Positions 45,062-58,499 of a DNA stretch of 64,000 bases are shown one piece after another. This DNA comes from Macrostomum lignano (taxonomy: Eukaryota). The translations under genes were made by a program, and so were the position numbers. The stretch lies in NCBI GenBank assembly GCA_002269645.1, contig NIVC01000031.1, positions 868,001-932,000 on the forward strand, in the 5' to 3' direction. The notes under the pieces were generated by a model. The model was not told where the DNA came from and ran no database searches. It saw nothing but the letters and a program-made list of their open reading frames with translations. Numbering within the stretch: position 1 is the stretch's first letter; every line of letters begins with the position of its first letter.

Positions 45062-47689
45062 GAGGGTGCTGTTAATTATAATATCGCTTAATGTAAGAAG
45101 CGATCAGTTCTAGCAACCGTTTTTACAGAACAGGAGCATTTGGTATCCTGTCATCCTTTAAATCCAGCGGATTCTATTGAAGTAACTTCTCTCTCATTGC
45201 CTGACCAATGGCAGCAGATGCGATTCTATGACTTACCTTTCTCAGGTAGTTTTTCGAATTTTCGAGAAATGTTCTGCGTTCCTTTAATTTAGAATTCTCA
45301 TGTAAGATAGTTGGGCCAGGGCCGAGACTCTTGCGTTTGACTCTTGCGCTACGACTTGGAGGCTTTTCATACCCTGGTATTACCAATTCCAGAATCAGAA
45401 TCGGTTCGGACCTTCCAAGAAAAACAGCAGTATAACTATTTAATTCTGTTAAATGTTTGACTGCCTTAACAACCTCACTTAGCACAATTTTTCACTTTCT
45501 TCTTAGCGATTGTCATTCAATAATAAAAACTTTATAGCGCGTATCTCCCTCTAGTTATGGAGACAAAAAGTTATACTTCACAAATTGGTTCTGGTTCTGG
45601 AACCAGAACAAGCAATATGAAAAGGCCCAAGGTCGATATAATTTCTCGCACCAGTTTAAATTGACGTCCAGGAGTTGTTGCGTGATTCACAGCCATGAGG
45701 GCCAACCCCCAAGACACTGCAGAGAGTGTACATGCCGGACGATTAGAAAGTCGGGGCCGTTGTACACCCTGCGTGAGCGTGTGTGTGAGTGTGTGCCTGT
45801 ATGTGCTCAGGAGTCAGAATCGTTGCGACAGGGTGCTCACAAACCTGCTCCAATTACTACATGTAGTCCGAAGTAGTTAAATAAAGATTCATAGTACACA
45901 AAATCAGTCGCCTTTTGTAAGGAGAGGTTGACGATAGCAAAGAGTTACTTCTTCGTAAAATGCGTCCCTCCTCAATAAATTGATTACCAATAAAATGGTT
46001 TCGTGTGCAATACGAAGGTAAATATCATCCGATTACTCATCTGGTACTTATTTTATGCAATAAAAATCATATAATTCTAAGAATAAAATCATTAATACCC
46101 TACCTATTCTTAATTAGTTTTAGATAAATGCAGTTCAATATTTTCAACATTCAATAGTGTAGTTCCATATTTAAAGATATTGTCTTATTGTCTTTAAGTT
46201 CGGCACAGGTGCATTGCGTAAAGTACAGCTAGTATAATACGGTATCATTTGAATAATTCTAACTGATGGAACATACGGTTACATATATGTTCAATTTTTA
46301 TTTACGCGCATAGCTCAATTGTTTTAACTGTTTTTCTAGCTGTATTTAAACTAATTTCAATTTTTCTATCATTTTACATTTGCAGTTAAACCATAATCCG
46401 GTCCAGACCTCCGATATCCTTTTGCCAAACATATCAAGCTCCAGCTAATAATCAAGACCAGCTAATGGCCAAATAATATGCCATGCAGGAAGTCGATGCC
46501 TTGAAAATGGATATTTTGGGTGTTTAAAAGCAAATACAAAGGCGCCAAACTGCTACGGTTGCGGTGTAATATCCGATAAAAATAGACAAAGCTCCGTTCG
46601 CCTTCTATCAGTTAAATACACGAGCCGAATTCTCTGTTTCCTGCTTGCTGTCCCACAAATTCAAGGCAAATAAAGAAACCCAGTCAGTTTGCCTATCTAA
46701 ATGCATTGGCAATGGCAACCGTCTGCCAAGATAGGCAATCCTAAATTTTTCAGCCTTTTCTGTGACATGCGTCACTTGTTTGCTTTCAATGCGAGAAATT
46801 GGACTGCAGTTTGCTTTGCCGCTCAGGCCGCTCAGGCATCAGACACATAACGTGATTTATAATACATCAATTCGTCAGTACTTACTAACTGGTTTTCAAC
46901 AGTAGCTAATGCTGAAGACCTATTCTTGATCACTGACCTATGAGAGAACTAATGCAGTGAAGCCTGAGACGCCTCCCAGATGCCATCACAACAGCCTGCA
47001 TTTGTAAACAATTTGGAGTTTGTAATGCCGACAGGTTAATAACAAAGTAACGTATCCAGCTCTGCTGAATAGCTTGTGATAATATATACGTACATGTACT
47101 CAAGGTCTGTACGATTATACATTCGTTTTTATGAGCATTTTTAGGATAACTTTGCAGTTCCATCGTGAAATTAGCAAAAATGTGCTGCTAGAGCTTTTAC
47201 TGTTCCTTTTCTATTCCAGCAACCCTACACTTCGAAGCTTGGAGAATTTATAGGCTGTATTCAGAATGAAAGTTATAATATTTATGATCCAAATAAAACT
47301 TAGCAAGCAACAGCCCACCGCCAACTCAGATTCTGAGGATTTCCTGTCAAAAATTCGCTCATTGTATTGAGGCAGGGCTTGAATATTCTATCATTATTAC
47401 TAGCAGTAGATAACTGCGAGTTAATTTTCCCAACCAATTAAATAATTCCTCTTTAATTTGTTTAAATTTTATCTTTTTTGTTTTAAAGCTTATTAAATTG
47501 TTATAATTCGCTAATTTTGTTTAAATGCATGTTCCCTTCCCCAAAAATTTAGTATAAAAGGAGGAGGCCGACCCCAAAATAAAATCAACCTTTGCTCCTA
47601 CGGCTCTTCGATTTCTATTGCCGTTTGTAAGAAGCTCTTGGCGAAAGAAGTATAAATCTGACTAAGACTTATCTTGTTATTTCTTTGAG

Positions 47690-47885
47690 AATAGAGAGAA
47701 GGTCGTGGAGACCCAAAACTAGGAGTCTAGATAGGGAAAACTTGAGGTCGTGGAGACCCAAAACTAGGAGTCTAGATAGGGAAAACTTGAGGTCGTGGAG
47801 ACCAAAAACTAGGAGTCTAGATAGGGAAAACTTGAGGTCGTGGAGACCCAAGACTAGGAGTCTGAATAAGGGGGGAACTCGAGGT
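47690..47885. repeat. Tandem repeat, 45-bp unit (GAGGTCGTGGAGACCCAAAACTAGGAGTCTAGATAGGGAAAACTT), about 4 copies
   Basis: Direct reading. Confidence 0.9.
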
Positions 47886-50022
47886 CGTGCAAACCCTAAG
47901 AAGGCCGTACAGGCCAGCAATAGACATTAAGCGCTAGGTATTAGGGGATTAGGTAGCTACCGCTGGACACCCTTAGTCCTCGGAATCGCCAGACTTTCGG
48001 ACTAAATTAGGGAATTAGATAGTGTCTTACCGCTCGGGCACTACACGCTATCACAAGGTTTTCTAAGAAACCACGTGAATTAGAACATTACTAAGAGGAA
48101 TAACAGTTTAGGGGTAAACGATACCCTTTAAAGTCGACAACTTAGTGACAAATCGGTGGGAAATAATAAAGCAGCGAAGGGGCTAGCACACTATATTCAT
48201 ACACTGAACTACGGTCATTGTTTTGCTGATTAAAGAATTTCTTAGAAAACAATTCACACTGTAAATCGTGATGGCTGCATTTCTATCAATGATGGTGCTG
48301 ATCCCACAGCAGATGGAAAATGTTGATCACTTCTGTGCGCACAAGCTGACCTAGGGCTTCCCATCCTAAAATATTTGGTAGAGAGATCACTGTGGAAAAG
48401 TTAAGGCAGCGAAATTTACATTTTACAAGATCTCGCAAGAATAACAAAAGGTAAAACCAACGAGCTGAACATTTACTCTGGTCGGTGCCCAATGCTTGTC
48501 CTAAAGGCGCAGCAAATGCTATTTGGAAACTTTTCAAAGCCCAGTCAGAGTTCTTGCTATCCAGATTAATTAACGAACAGTTCACGTCACGCTCGCGGCA
48601 GCGTCAGGTAGTGGCCTGTGAATTAAGGAATTCTGCAAAAAATAGCGATTTTATTAGCTCAACGTATAAATTAGATGTCTTATTAGGCAAACAGAATGAT
48701 GTGTTTGAATTTTAGTTTTTTGAGTGATTGGCCTCGAAAATACAGGTGTGTTTGGCAAAAGTGCGTCGCGATACAATTACATGTAGGTAAAGTACAAGCT
48801 GAAAAGTAGCAAGAAAGGAATTAAAAGCAAATATATTATAGTCTATATGAAAATGTTTGCACACTGATAGCTGACTGCGAGTAAGAGAACCCAGAAACCG
48901 GTTCACGCCCTTTGTGAGTTTGAATCTCATTTTTTGACACACATGTGGAATCTTGCAGTAACATCCTGCTTGCGTACTATAACCGAAGCCAACTCTGCTC
49001 GTGTGTGAACATATAGCGCCCATATAACTGCATTCGTGGACTCTGCCCAACGTGAATTACCGTGAAAAAGCCATAGAACGACTAGGAAAAGCCAAGCCAT
49101 GAACTTTTCTGTTCACTCGTCATCGCCATTTCCGTGGCTTTCCCTGCGGCAGAGTTTTCAACATGCAACCGCCCGATGTGTTGGGTTGGCCTTGACTAAG
49201 TACCACAGTTTATGATTGGTTTTCACAGACAGGCTGGATCGTTAAAAATTGGAGACATTGTCAGAAAATTTGCATTTCTGGAAAATCTCCCCCTCCACTA
49301 TTTAGGTGTTTTTGGTAGGTAGCTATTGGCGTTTAAACACAATGGATCCCTACATGCATGCTTTTAAAGTGGGCCCTGAGCATCCTCAAGCCTAACGGAA
49401 GAAGATTCAGAGCTACAATGACTTGTCGATATTTAATGTGCTGCATTTGCATCGCATTTGACTGCTTATTGTTGCTTATTACAGCTCATTTTCTCATTCA
49501 TTTACCTCAACAGATGTCACCAAGGTAATTTTCCTCCGCTCCAGAAAAAAATTAATTGCATACCAACGGGTAAATCTAAGTAAAAAATCTAATTAGATAG
49601 GAATTTGTTTATAATATTAGAACGAAAGCAGGTAAGACGATGATCCGTAATTTTGTTGCACTGAAATGGAGAGCTGAAGACACTTTAAAAAACAGTAGCT
49701 AATACAGAAAAATGGTTTCAATTTTGCTTAAATTATATATTTATCAGTTTAATTCTTTCAAAAAAATGTTTAAACGATGTTAACTTAACTTAAATCTTAA
49801 TGTCAATATGTTCAAGGTCAATGTGTTGCTTAAGGCTATTTCTTTCCACTGTAAAACATTCATCAAAAGATGGCATGTTTCAAAAGCGGATAAACTTAAT
49901 ATCAGTAAATAAATCTTTCTTGCCTTACCTAAAGCTAGCTATTAAAGGAGACTCAGTTTGCAAGGTCAAGCAAGGTCAGGATTCGTAAGGCGCCAAAAAG
50001 TTGTAATCTTTGAATTTCCTTG

Positions 50023-53000
50023 TTAGCTGCAGGCGTCGGTAAACAGAGCCAGCAGACGCAGCACGGCAAATCCCTGCTGGCTCTCCGAGTTTCCACCAGA
50101 GACGGCGGTGCAGCCGCTGCCGCCACAGAAAGAGCCGCCGCCACCTCCAGCCTGTTTTCCTCCCATTCCAGCGCCACCGCCGCTAAAGCCGCCGCCTCCT
50201 CCGCCGGCTCCGTTCTTCGATCCGTCCAGCTGCATGCCGCCGCCTCCGCCGCCGCCGCCGAATCCGCCGTCGCCGATGCAGCCGTCGCCAGCTCTGCCAC
50301 CGACCCAGCCGTTAGCCCGACTGCCGCCTCGCTCACCGTCGCTGGAGTTTCGCCTCGGATTGTCGGCCCTGCCCAACCAGCCGGCGCCGCAGCCGCCGTG
50401 AGTCACTTTATCACCAGTCCTCCAGGGTTCGTTGTAGCCGGCATGACCGTTGACACCTCCGAGTCCGATTTTGTTAATATGTCCAACAGAGTGACTACCA
50501 TTAACACTGGCATCTCCAAACGTGCCTACAAATATTTTAAGTGTTATTGTTACATCTTCCTGCACTATTTTTGAGTGTTAATGTTATAACAGCGCGAGCG
50601 CGCTAAGATCCTTCAGTGTGAGCAAATGAGACATCTGATCCTTCATAGCGAGAGCGTTTTAATAACATTGTCGCTAGTCAGTGCTTTTAGATAATAGGTG
50701 GTTAGATGAAGGTCGGAACTCAAATTTAGTAACTCTAATTTAGCACACTCGTGCCCCCACCCATTATCCTGAGTTAACATTAACATTAACACATTAACAT
50801 TAACACCCATTAACATTAAAAATATTGCAGGAAAAATATTGCTATGCGCTTACGTCTATGGCTATTAGGACGGTACTCTAGGCAACCCGAAGATTTGCCA
50901 TTTACGCCTGCAAAGCATGGGTATATTGTGTCTTAACCTACTGAAAGCCGAAGACGCATCAATATTTAGTACAGCTAGTCTATGGCACAAGCTATGTAAC
51001 TGACTGGCTAAAGTACTGTGAATCTTAAAGCAGTCCATCCAGTTTTTTCTTCTTCTACGAGTACATAAACAAGAATCGCCTGATACTAGGAGATGGACCA
51101 TACAGAATCTCCGAGCGAAGCGAGTAGATACTGTCTCTGGTTCATCTCCTCGTATCAGGCGATTCTTTGTATGTAATCCACGGCATGTGCGATCTGAATA
51201 TAACGCCTTATCTCCGCCGGAGATAATGAGTTATCTTCGCTATCCATGTCTATCCATCTCGTTGGTTTGTCTATGGTAGCGGAGTTACGCTACTGATTAT
51301 CTCCGCTCATTTAACACTGGGGGAATAGACGAGGCGCACAGGCAAAGTGGATTACATACGAGTACATGATAGTAACATTTTGCCATGGAAGACGAGTTAG
51401 ATCTAGTGCTAAGATATATTGAAAGTAAAGAATACACTGCAACGAATCCTGCTACGCATACGACTGACGATATACAAGAGAAGCTGGATGCTGCATCCCA
51501 CCAAATGCTCGAAGGAAAGAACAATGGGCTGTAAAATGTTTTACCAGTGGTTCGAGCAGCGACCCAAAATTCTACATGGTGATACAACTAGCCTTCTCGT
51601 GGTGAAGGAGGATCATGAATGGAACGCTTGCGATTGGAACTATCTATTAAAGATGTTCATGCATCCAGCAAGGCAGGTGGTACCAAAACTCACCGCACCC
51701 GTCGGCTGGCACAGCTTGACGGTATTGTTCGTGAATTAACGGCTCCCCTAACTGCAATGACTGAAAGGTACACTAATCAGTCTCTATGCAAGACTTGCGC
51801 AAGTACTCTACACCGTGCTGGCTTCACTAGAGAGGACATTACTCGTGTTACAGGACACTCTTCGACAGCTATTGAGCGCTATATTCAGTTTGACGTATAA
51901 GACCATGTTAAAGTATCGCACGCTCTTCAATCTGGTGGTCAGTCATCAAGTCCGTCTATTGAAACCGAGCCTGAACGCTCTGTTGAAGCTAAGGAACAAA
52001 AGCACCGTAGTGAGTGCTAATCCTGCAAATAAAACGAGGCTTAACATCAATGGTAACACCAACAACGTTAAAACCGTTTTTAAGCGATTGCTTGGAAGAC
52101 GCTTCTATTTCTTACTATGCTTCCTGTTGCCGTTAGTTTTGTTGGTTTGAATTTGTTAAATAGAACTGTAGCAAACTACTTCTCAGGCCTCGTTCGGGGA
52201 CTGAGAGATGGTTTTCAGTCCACCTACAACCGATAAATTACCATAGAAGTTGTTCCCCCTGGAAAAAGATGATACTGGAAAAGAGCTGAGAATGCACTTT
52301 CTGTAGGTTAAATATTTTCTCTTCCTTTCCAAATATGGCTATGGAAAAGAAAGTCCGAGGATGCATTTCTCAGGTCGAGGCCGAGTATGGTATTCTAGGT
52401 AGCCCGATGATTCGCCATTTACGCCCACAAAGCATGGGTATTACTGTTTTTGTTCCTTAGAAATTTTTGCTTCAGCAAGACTACGAGAGAAAGAATGAAA
52501 GAGCGGATAGTGGGGGTGCGGGGGCTAAGCCCCGACATTGCTATACGCTTTAGTCTATGGTTATTAAGACCCCCAGTTTATCAAATATACCTTTTCAAGC
52601 CCGAATGTGACAAAAGTAATTTGTTACAAATTGTGACAAAAGCAATTTGTCACATTAAGTAATGTGGCACCACTATATTCAGTCGCAAAATTCTGTACCT
52701 GTTTTTCGAGCCTTCGTCGGTCAGTCGCTAAGATTCTTGTGTACGGCAGTACGGTCTTTGAGTCAGATAGATAGCTATTCGATCGTTGCCACATTTCGCT
52801 TACTTTTATCACTTTTGGTTTTGGTATTTAAGGTACGACCATAGACAACTATTTTTATAACTCTAAAGCTCATATCCAAGCCATAGAAAGAATAGCCACA
52901 TTTGAAATTACTTTTGTCATTTTCGCGCCACTGAGCTGTTCGTCTCCATGAGTTATGAGTTTAGGATACGATTATCGACACAAACAGTTTAAAGAGGAAC

Positions 53001-54252
53001 TCGGGTCTTATTTGTATTCTCACGCAAAAGAGTTATTGAAAAGACTAAATTTCACTTGCCATTAAAGCCCCTTCCGGCTCCGCCGCCTCCACCAGCAGCA
53101 ATCAGCAGCTGACCGTCTGCCGTCCTGTACACAAAGCTACCTCCGCCGCCACCTCCGCCGCAGTCTTTTGTAGCAGATGACTCTGACACCATGCCACCAG
53201 CCTGTCCGACCACGATGGTCAGCTGAGTGCCCGCTGTCAGGTTGAAGCTGCCAGCAACCCAGGACCCCTTGCCACTGATTGTGGACTTGTAGAGGTTGTC
53301 GCCGCCTCTGGCTCCGGCGACCTCGATGCGGTAGCAACCGGTCAGGGTGATGTTCACCAACTGGACACTCCCGATTTGGCCAGTGCTGCTGTCTGGAAAA
53401 ACGAGACGGAAGCAAGAGAACATGTGTTATCAACTGAGACGATAAGAAATCAGCTCAAAGCAATGCTGAGAATGGCTGGAAGCCAACATAACCACCTGCT
53501 GAATACAGCCTCCGGAGTTGGGCTCTTCACCACACCGACTGCAAACGATGAATTATCAGCCTACATGACTAGAAACGCCGAGACATAACATCTAGCTCCC
53601 GAAGCTAGAGTCCAATAGGATAACAGTGATACAAATGGGATTTCATTTCAACTTAAGGCATTAAAAGTATTTTACTACAAGTTTGATCGTTGAAATTAAA
53701 AATCGTAAACTAAAGAGCCAATTCATATAGACATTGAATTCACTGCCCTACGAAAACGGAAAACTCACTCAGCAACTTGACGGATGAATTTTTGATCATA
53801 GCAGCCAAAGTCGCATTGATGTCGGCGTTGACCAACACCTGCGATCCAGCCTCTGATCCCACAGCTGATGGAGAATCCAGTATCGTGTTTGACAGAGAAA
53901 GTCCCTTCAATATTAAAAGTCGACAAGCAGTCGAGGTCGTCGTCATGGCAACGATAACTGAACAGCCTTTCATCCGGCACAGCATCATGCAGTTGTTCAC
54001 ATTTTGCACACCTGTGATGTTGATCACTTCGCTGCTCACTAGAGGGCTGAGGAGAAACGGTCCGTGAATTTTTCGGTACTTGGTCTGGTCGCACATGTCA
54101 GCTAAAAAGTGAGTCAAATTCGAGATCTAAAAATATTTGTCTGTATTTCTGATACAAGCCATCTAGACATGAATTAGCCAATAAATACCTTGTGCTATCA
54201 CCAGGTTGCAGCACATGAAGATCATCAGGATTTCGATCTGTAGAAACTCCAT
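50023..54252 (-). CDS. Secreted PAN + ALK/LTK-type glycine-rich protein, copy B (exons 54252-54189, 54101-53769, 53392-53060, 50525-50023; 410 aa)
   Basis: Same four-exon phase-1 structure as copy A. Signal MEFLQIEILMIFMCCNLVIA. Intron 3 needs a GC donor (AATG|GCAAGT) at the position where copy A has GATG|GTAAT. Confidence 0.8.
50838..52570 (+). mobile_element. Decayed Crypton-like tyrosine-recombinase element inside intron 3 of PAN-GRD copy B
   Basis: Frameshifted CKMFYQWFEQRPK...APVGWHSL...RYTNQSLCKTCASTLHRAGFTREDITRVTGHSSTAIERY resembles the Crypton/DUF3504 C-terminus (PVG.N.L...YTNHSLR.T....L...G.....I...TGH.S.....Y). Flanked by repeated 34- and 53-bp segments. Confidence 0.65.
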
Positions 54253-55230
54253 TTAGTTAGTGGTGAAATCAACGACTGCAAGTAATCGGACAGTCAATTT
54301 TTCAAAACTTAGAGCGTTTTTCTTCAATTTATTGTACTTTTCACGACCAATTTAGCTCTATCCATCCATTTGAATGGCCAATAAAACTCCTACTGACAAA
54401 ACAGTTCTCGTGGAGGAAGGCTGTGCATGACTGTAGTTGTGACGCCTAGAAATGGAAAAATAGAGAGCGATGGTAAGAATATGGAATGAGCCCTGTGCCT
54501 ATGGAAGGAATTTTATGGTCCTTTCTGCTCTCAAGCCACGTAATTCATTAACAGGCGGATGCCGATGGGGAGTATTTCAAATACCCAAAAAGTTATGCAC
54601 GCCATAACTCTGGAACACGACGATGGATTCGTCTGAAAATTCCCAGCACGAGCTAAAATTTATCGAGGAATCTGATGAAGCCATCGCCGACTCTCTCCGA
54701 CATCGAGATCGTCGAGATATTCAGCGAGATATTCGTCGAGATGTTTTTGAAGGCAAACCGTAGAATTCAGTGGCTAGGTCTTGACACCAGGCAATAAGGT
54801 GCACAAAATGATCCCAAACCTCATTTCAGCCATTGGTGAGGTAACCCAGAACACTTGTAGTGTGCTACAACAATGCCCGTGGCCACCGTCGACCATTGTC
54901 ATGACATTCAACGAGCACATTCTGACATCATCGGAATTTAAGATCCGAAACAAATTTCGGTCAAATATTTATTATGAAATCTTGTCAATGAGCAACCTAC
55001 GACTCCTTCTTGCACTCACTATACTTCCTGCACCATCCCGACCGTCTGGACGACCGTCGGGACCTTCAACGGATGTGTCCATCGGACTTCTGGCAGTCTA
55101 GCATATACTTTGGCTAGAAATTCTTGATCAAGCCTCACCAACCAGCAACGTGAGACTCCCTGTCGCACTCACTATACTTCCTGCACCATCCTGACCATCT
55201 GGACGACCGTCGGGACCTTCAACGGATGTG

Positions 55231-58172
55231 GCCGGCAACATTTGCCTGGACTTCAGCGACCGCGCAGAGGCACCACCAAGGAGCTCGTGCGCAATGGACG
55301 GTGTGAGCCACCTCGACGCTGACAGCCAGCTGAAGGACCTCGAAAAGAAGCTGGTGCCGGATTTCAGCAAGGAAAAGGTCGACCTGCCTGTCGTAAAGGA
55401 CCCAGACATCCGAGCCCTGGTGCACGAGTTCAACGAAATCTTCTCAAGGCGGCCGGGGCTGACAGTTCGCCACGAGCACAGCATCCCCCTGATCGACGAT
55501 GTCCCGGTGCGGACCCCGCCAAGGAAAGCTGCCGGTGCCCTGGGAGCTCGAGGTGAACCAGCTGATCCAGGAGCTGCTCGACAACGACATCATCGAGGAG
55601 TCGGACAGCCCGTATGTGGCGCCCCCGGTGTACGTGCGGAAGAAGAACGGAAACCTGCGGCTGACGATCGACTACCGCGAGCTGAACAAGAAGACGGTGC
55701 GGTCGGCGCAGGGCATTCCGCAGATTGACTTCGTCAAGGACAAGCTGGCTGGCAACGAGATCTTCTCGGTGATTGACCTGAACGGCGGCTACTTTCAAAT
55801 CCCGATGAAACCGGAAGATAGGCAGAAGACGGCCTTCAGTCCCGGGCCCGGCATGCCGCTGTACCAGTTCAAGCGGATGCCGCAGGGCGTCTGCGGCGGC
55901 CCGAGCTCGTTCACCATCCTGATGAACCGCGTGTTCAAAGGCGCCGAGCAAACCTTCACCTGCATGGACGACACGCTATGCTTCTCCAAGTCGAAGGTCG
56001 AGCATCTCCAGCACCTGCGAGAAGTGTTCGAGAAGATCAGAGATGCTGGGCTCACAGTCAGGGGCAGCAAGTGCCAGCTGGGCCTGCCGGAGGTCACGTT
56101 CCTCGGCACCGTGTTCTCGGCCAAGGGTGCCACGGTGAGTCCCGAGAAGGTGTGCGCCATTCAGGAGTGGCCAGAGCTGCAGTCCCCAACACAGGTGCGG
56201 CAGTTCCTGGGCCTCTGCAACCAGTACAGGAAGTACGTGCGAGCTTCTCCGACATCGCCGGGCCGCTGCACAGACTGACCAGCAAGACGGAGAAGTTCGA
56301 GTGGACCGGCGAGTGCAGCACGGCATTTCGACGGCTCAAGGAGGCCCTGCAGCAGCCGCCGATCATTGGCCACCCGGATTTCTCCAAGGAGTTCCAGCTC
56401 TACACGGACGCCAGCAACACCGGAGTCGGGATCGTGCTCAAGCAAGGTGACCAGGTGATTGAGTACTGCAGCAGAGCGCTCACGGCTCCGGAGAAGGGCT
56501 ACTCAACCGTTGTGAAGGAGTGCCTGTCGATCCTGCACGCGCTGAAGACTTACCGCCACTACATGCTCGGTCGGCACTTCACGGTCTTCACCGACCACTG
56601 CCCGCTCACGTTTCTGAATTCCCAGCGAGTTGACAGTCACGGCCGGCTCGGGCGCTGGCGGTTGCTGCTGCAGGAGTTCACATTCACCATCAAGTACACA
56701 AAGGGTGTCGACAACGTGGAGGCGGACGGCCTGTCGAGGATGCACGAGGGCCATTGCGAGACGCTTGGAGCCTCGGCAACTGAGCTGCAGCCGCAGGTGT
56801 CCAACCGAGAGATGCGGCAGGCGCAGCGGGTTGATCCGAAGCTCAAGCTGGTCATCGATGCACTGGAGAACGACAGCACGACTCCGCCAAGATGGTCCGA
56901 CAGCAGCCTGCGACACCTCAGCCGCATCTGGCGGAAGTTGCGGATTCAAGACGGCCTTCTCTGTCGCGCCTTCAATGACGCTGCGGGACCGAGGGAGGTG
57001 CCCGTGATTCCGGAGTCGCTGCGGCGCCAGTTCCTCACTGACTTTCACGAGGGCATCCGCGGCCACTTCAGACCGGAGAAAATGGCCGACACGCTGAAGC
57101 AGACCGCGTACTGGCCTGGGCTGCAGAGCGACGCGGTAATTTTCTGCCAGGAGTGCCAGACCTGCCAGCTGAAAAGGCGCAGCACCGGCCCGCAGCCCCA
57201 CTCGGTGAGATGCCGATCGGCAAGCCCTGGCAGACCGTGGCGATCGATGTGCTGAAGGTGCCGACATCAGACAGAGGCAACATCTACCTGCTCGTGATGC
57301 AGGACCAGTTCTCCAAGTTCCTGACCGCCGTGCCGATGCCAGATCAGACCGCCAAGACCATTGCGGACGCTGCAGTGAAGGTCTTCTCCCTGCTCGGAGT
57401 CCCGTCCGTCATCCACTCGGACCAGGGCGCGAACTTCGAGAGCGAGCTGTTCCAGGAGACGCTGCGAGCACTGGGCATCAAGAAGACGCGCACCACGCCG
57501 TACCATCCGCAGGGAAACGGACTGGTGGAGCGCGGCAACAAGTCGCTGCTGCAGCTGCTGCGGCTGTTCACCGAGACCGAGACCAGCTGGGAGGAGCAGC
57601 TGCCGCTAGTGGTCCTGTCCTACAACTCCAGGGTCCACAGCTCAACCAAGGTGGCGCCGCTGACGGTGATGACCGGCCGCGAACCGCAGCTCCCGCCGCA
57701 GTTTCAGAACAGCGAGCGGCAGTTTGACATCGGCATCTACTCGGAACAGCTGGAGCAGCGGCTGACCCGGATCTGTGAGTTCGTCCAAGAGAACCTGGTA
57801 GCCGCTGGGCAGCAGCAGAAGGCGGCTCACGACAAGAAGGCGACGGACCTGCCGCAGTTTCCGCAAGGTGCCGAGGTGCTGCTCAGTATCGAGATGCGGC
57901 ACTCGAAGCTGGCGCCCTACTGGGAGACGGGCTGGACGGTGCTTGAGCAGCGCGGCTACTCGGTGTGCATCCGCCGCGCCTTCGGCAGCCGGCCTGTCTG
58001 CTGGGTGCACGTGAACCGGCTGCGCAGGCGGTTCGCAGCCCAGCCCGACTCTGACCAGCTCCGCCAGCAGCCGGTGAACCACCAGTTCGCGCCGGAGCCC
58101 AGCCAGGCCGAGCGGCGGTACCCTGAGCGGGAGCGGCGGCCTCCGGACTTCTTTGGTGTGAGCACTGAGTGA
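55231..58172 (+). mobile_element. Ty3/Gypsy pol (RT, RNase H, integrase), 5'-truncated, with three frameshifts
   Basis: SDSPYVAPPVYVRKKNGNLRLTIDYRELNK, DLNGGYFQI, CMDD, LYTDASNTGVG, H..H..CQTC zinc finger, AIDVL / SDQGANFES / NGLVER DDE core. Frameshifts near 55530, 56250 and 57200. No gag, protease or 5' LTR. Confidence 0.95.
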
Positions 58173-58310
58173 GCTGAGTGTGATGGACTGTCAGAGACCG
58201 TGATGCATGTTTTTTTAAAAAGGTTCTGTGTTTAAATTTTACGATCCATATTGCTGAAGTGTGTTGCGTTTTAATTTCCCCACTTTTTAACTTGTTTCGC
58301 GGGGGAGAAA

Positions 58311-58498
58311 TGTAATGGTTTTATTCCTCGCCTTATTGGCAGTTCTTGAACTGGTATCGTATTGAAAAATATTTTTCTGAATAATTGTAATGTACGTTCG
58401 CTCTCTCTATGTACATCGTTGACTCGAATAAATATAGCCATCACTGCCTCACGGGGCCTTCGTGAGTTTTTCTACACTGCCAAATACCGCGCGTCACA
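58311..58498 (+). repeat. Probable 3' LTR of the Gypsy element
   Basis: Polypurine tract GGGGGAGAAA (58301-58310) immediately before TGTAAT; contains AATAAA; ends in TCACA. Confidence 0.7.
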
Positions 58499-58499
58499 G

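Noticed and set aside
45174-49050. Short ORFs (45174..45485, 48485..48715, 48712..49050) and coding-like text at 46400-46760
   Set aside because: No recognisable domain or consistent splice model; probably TE debris.
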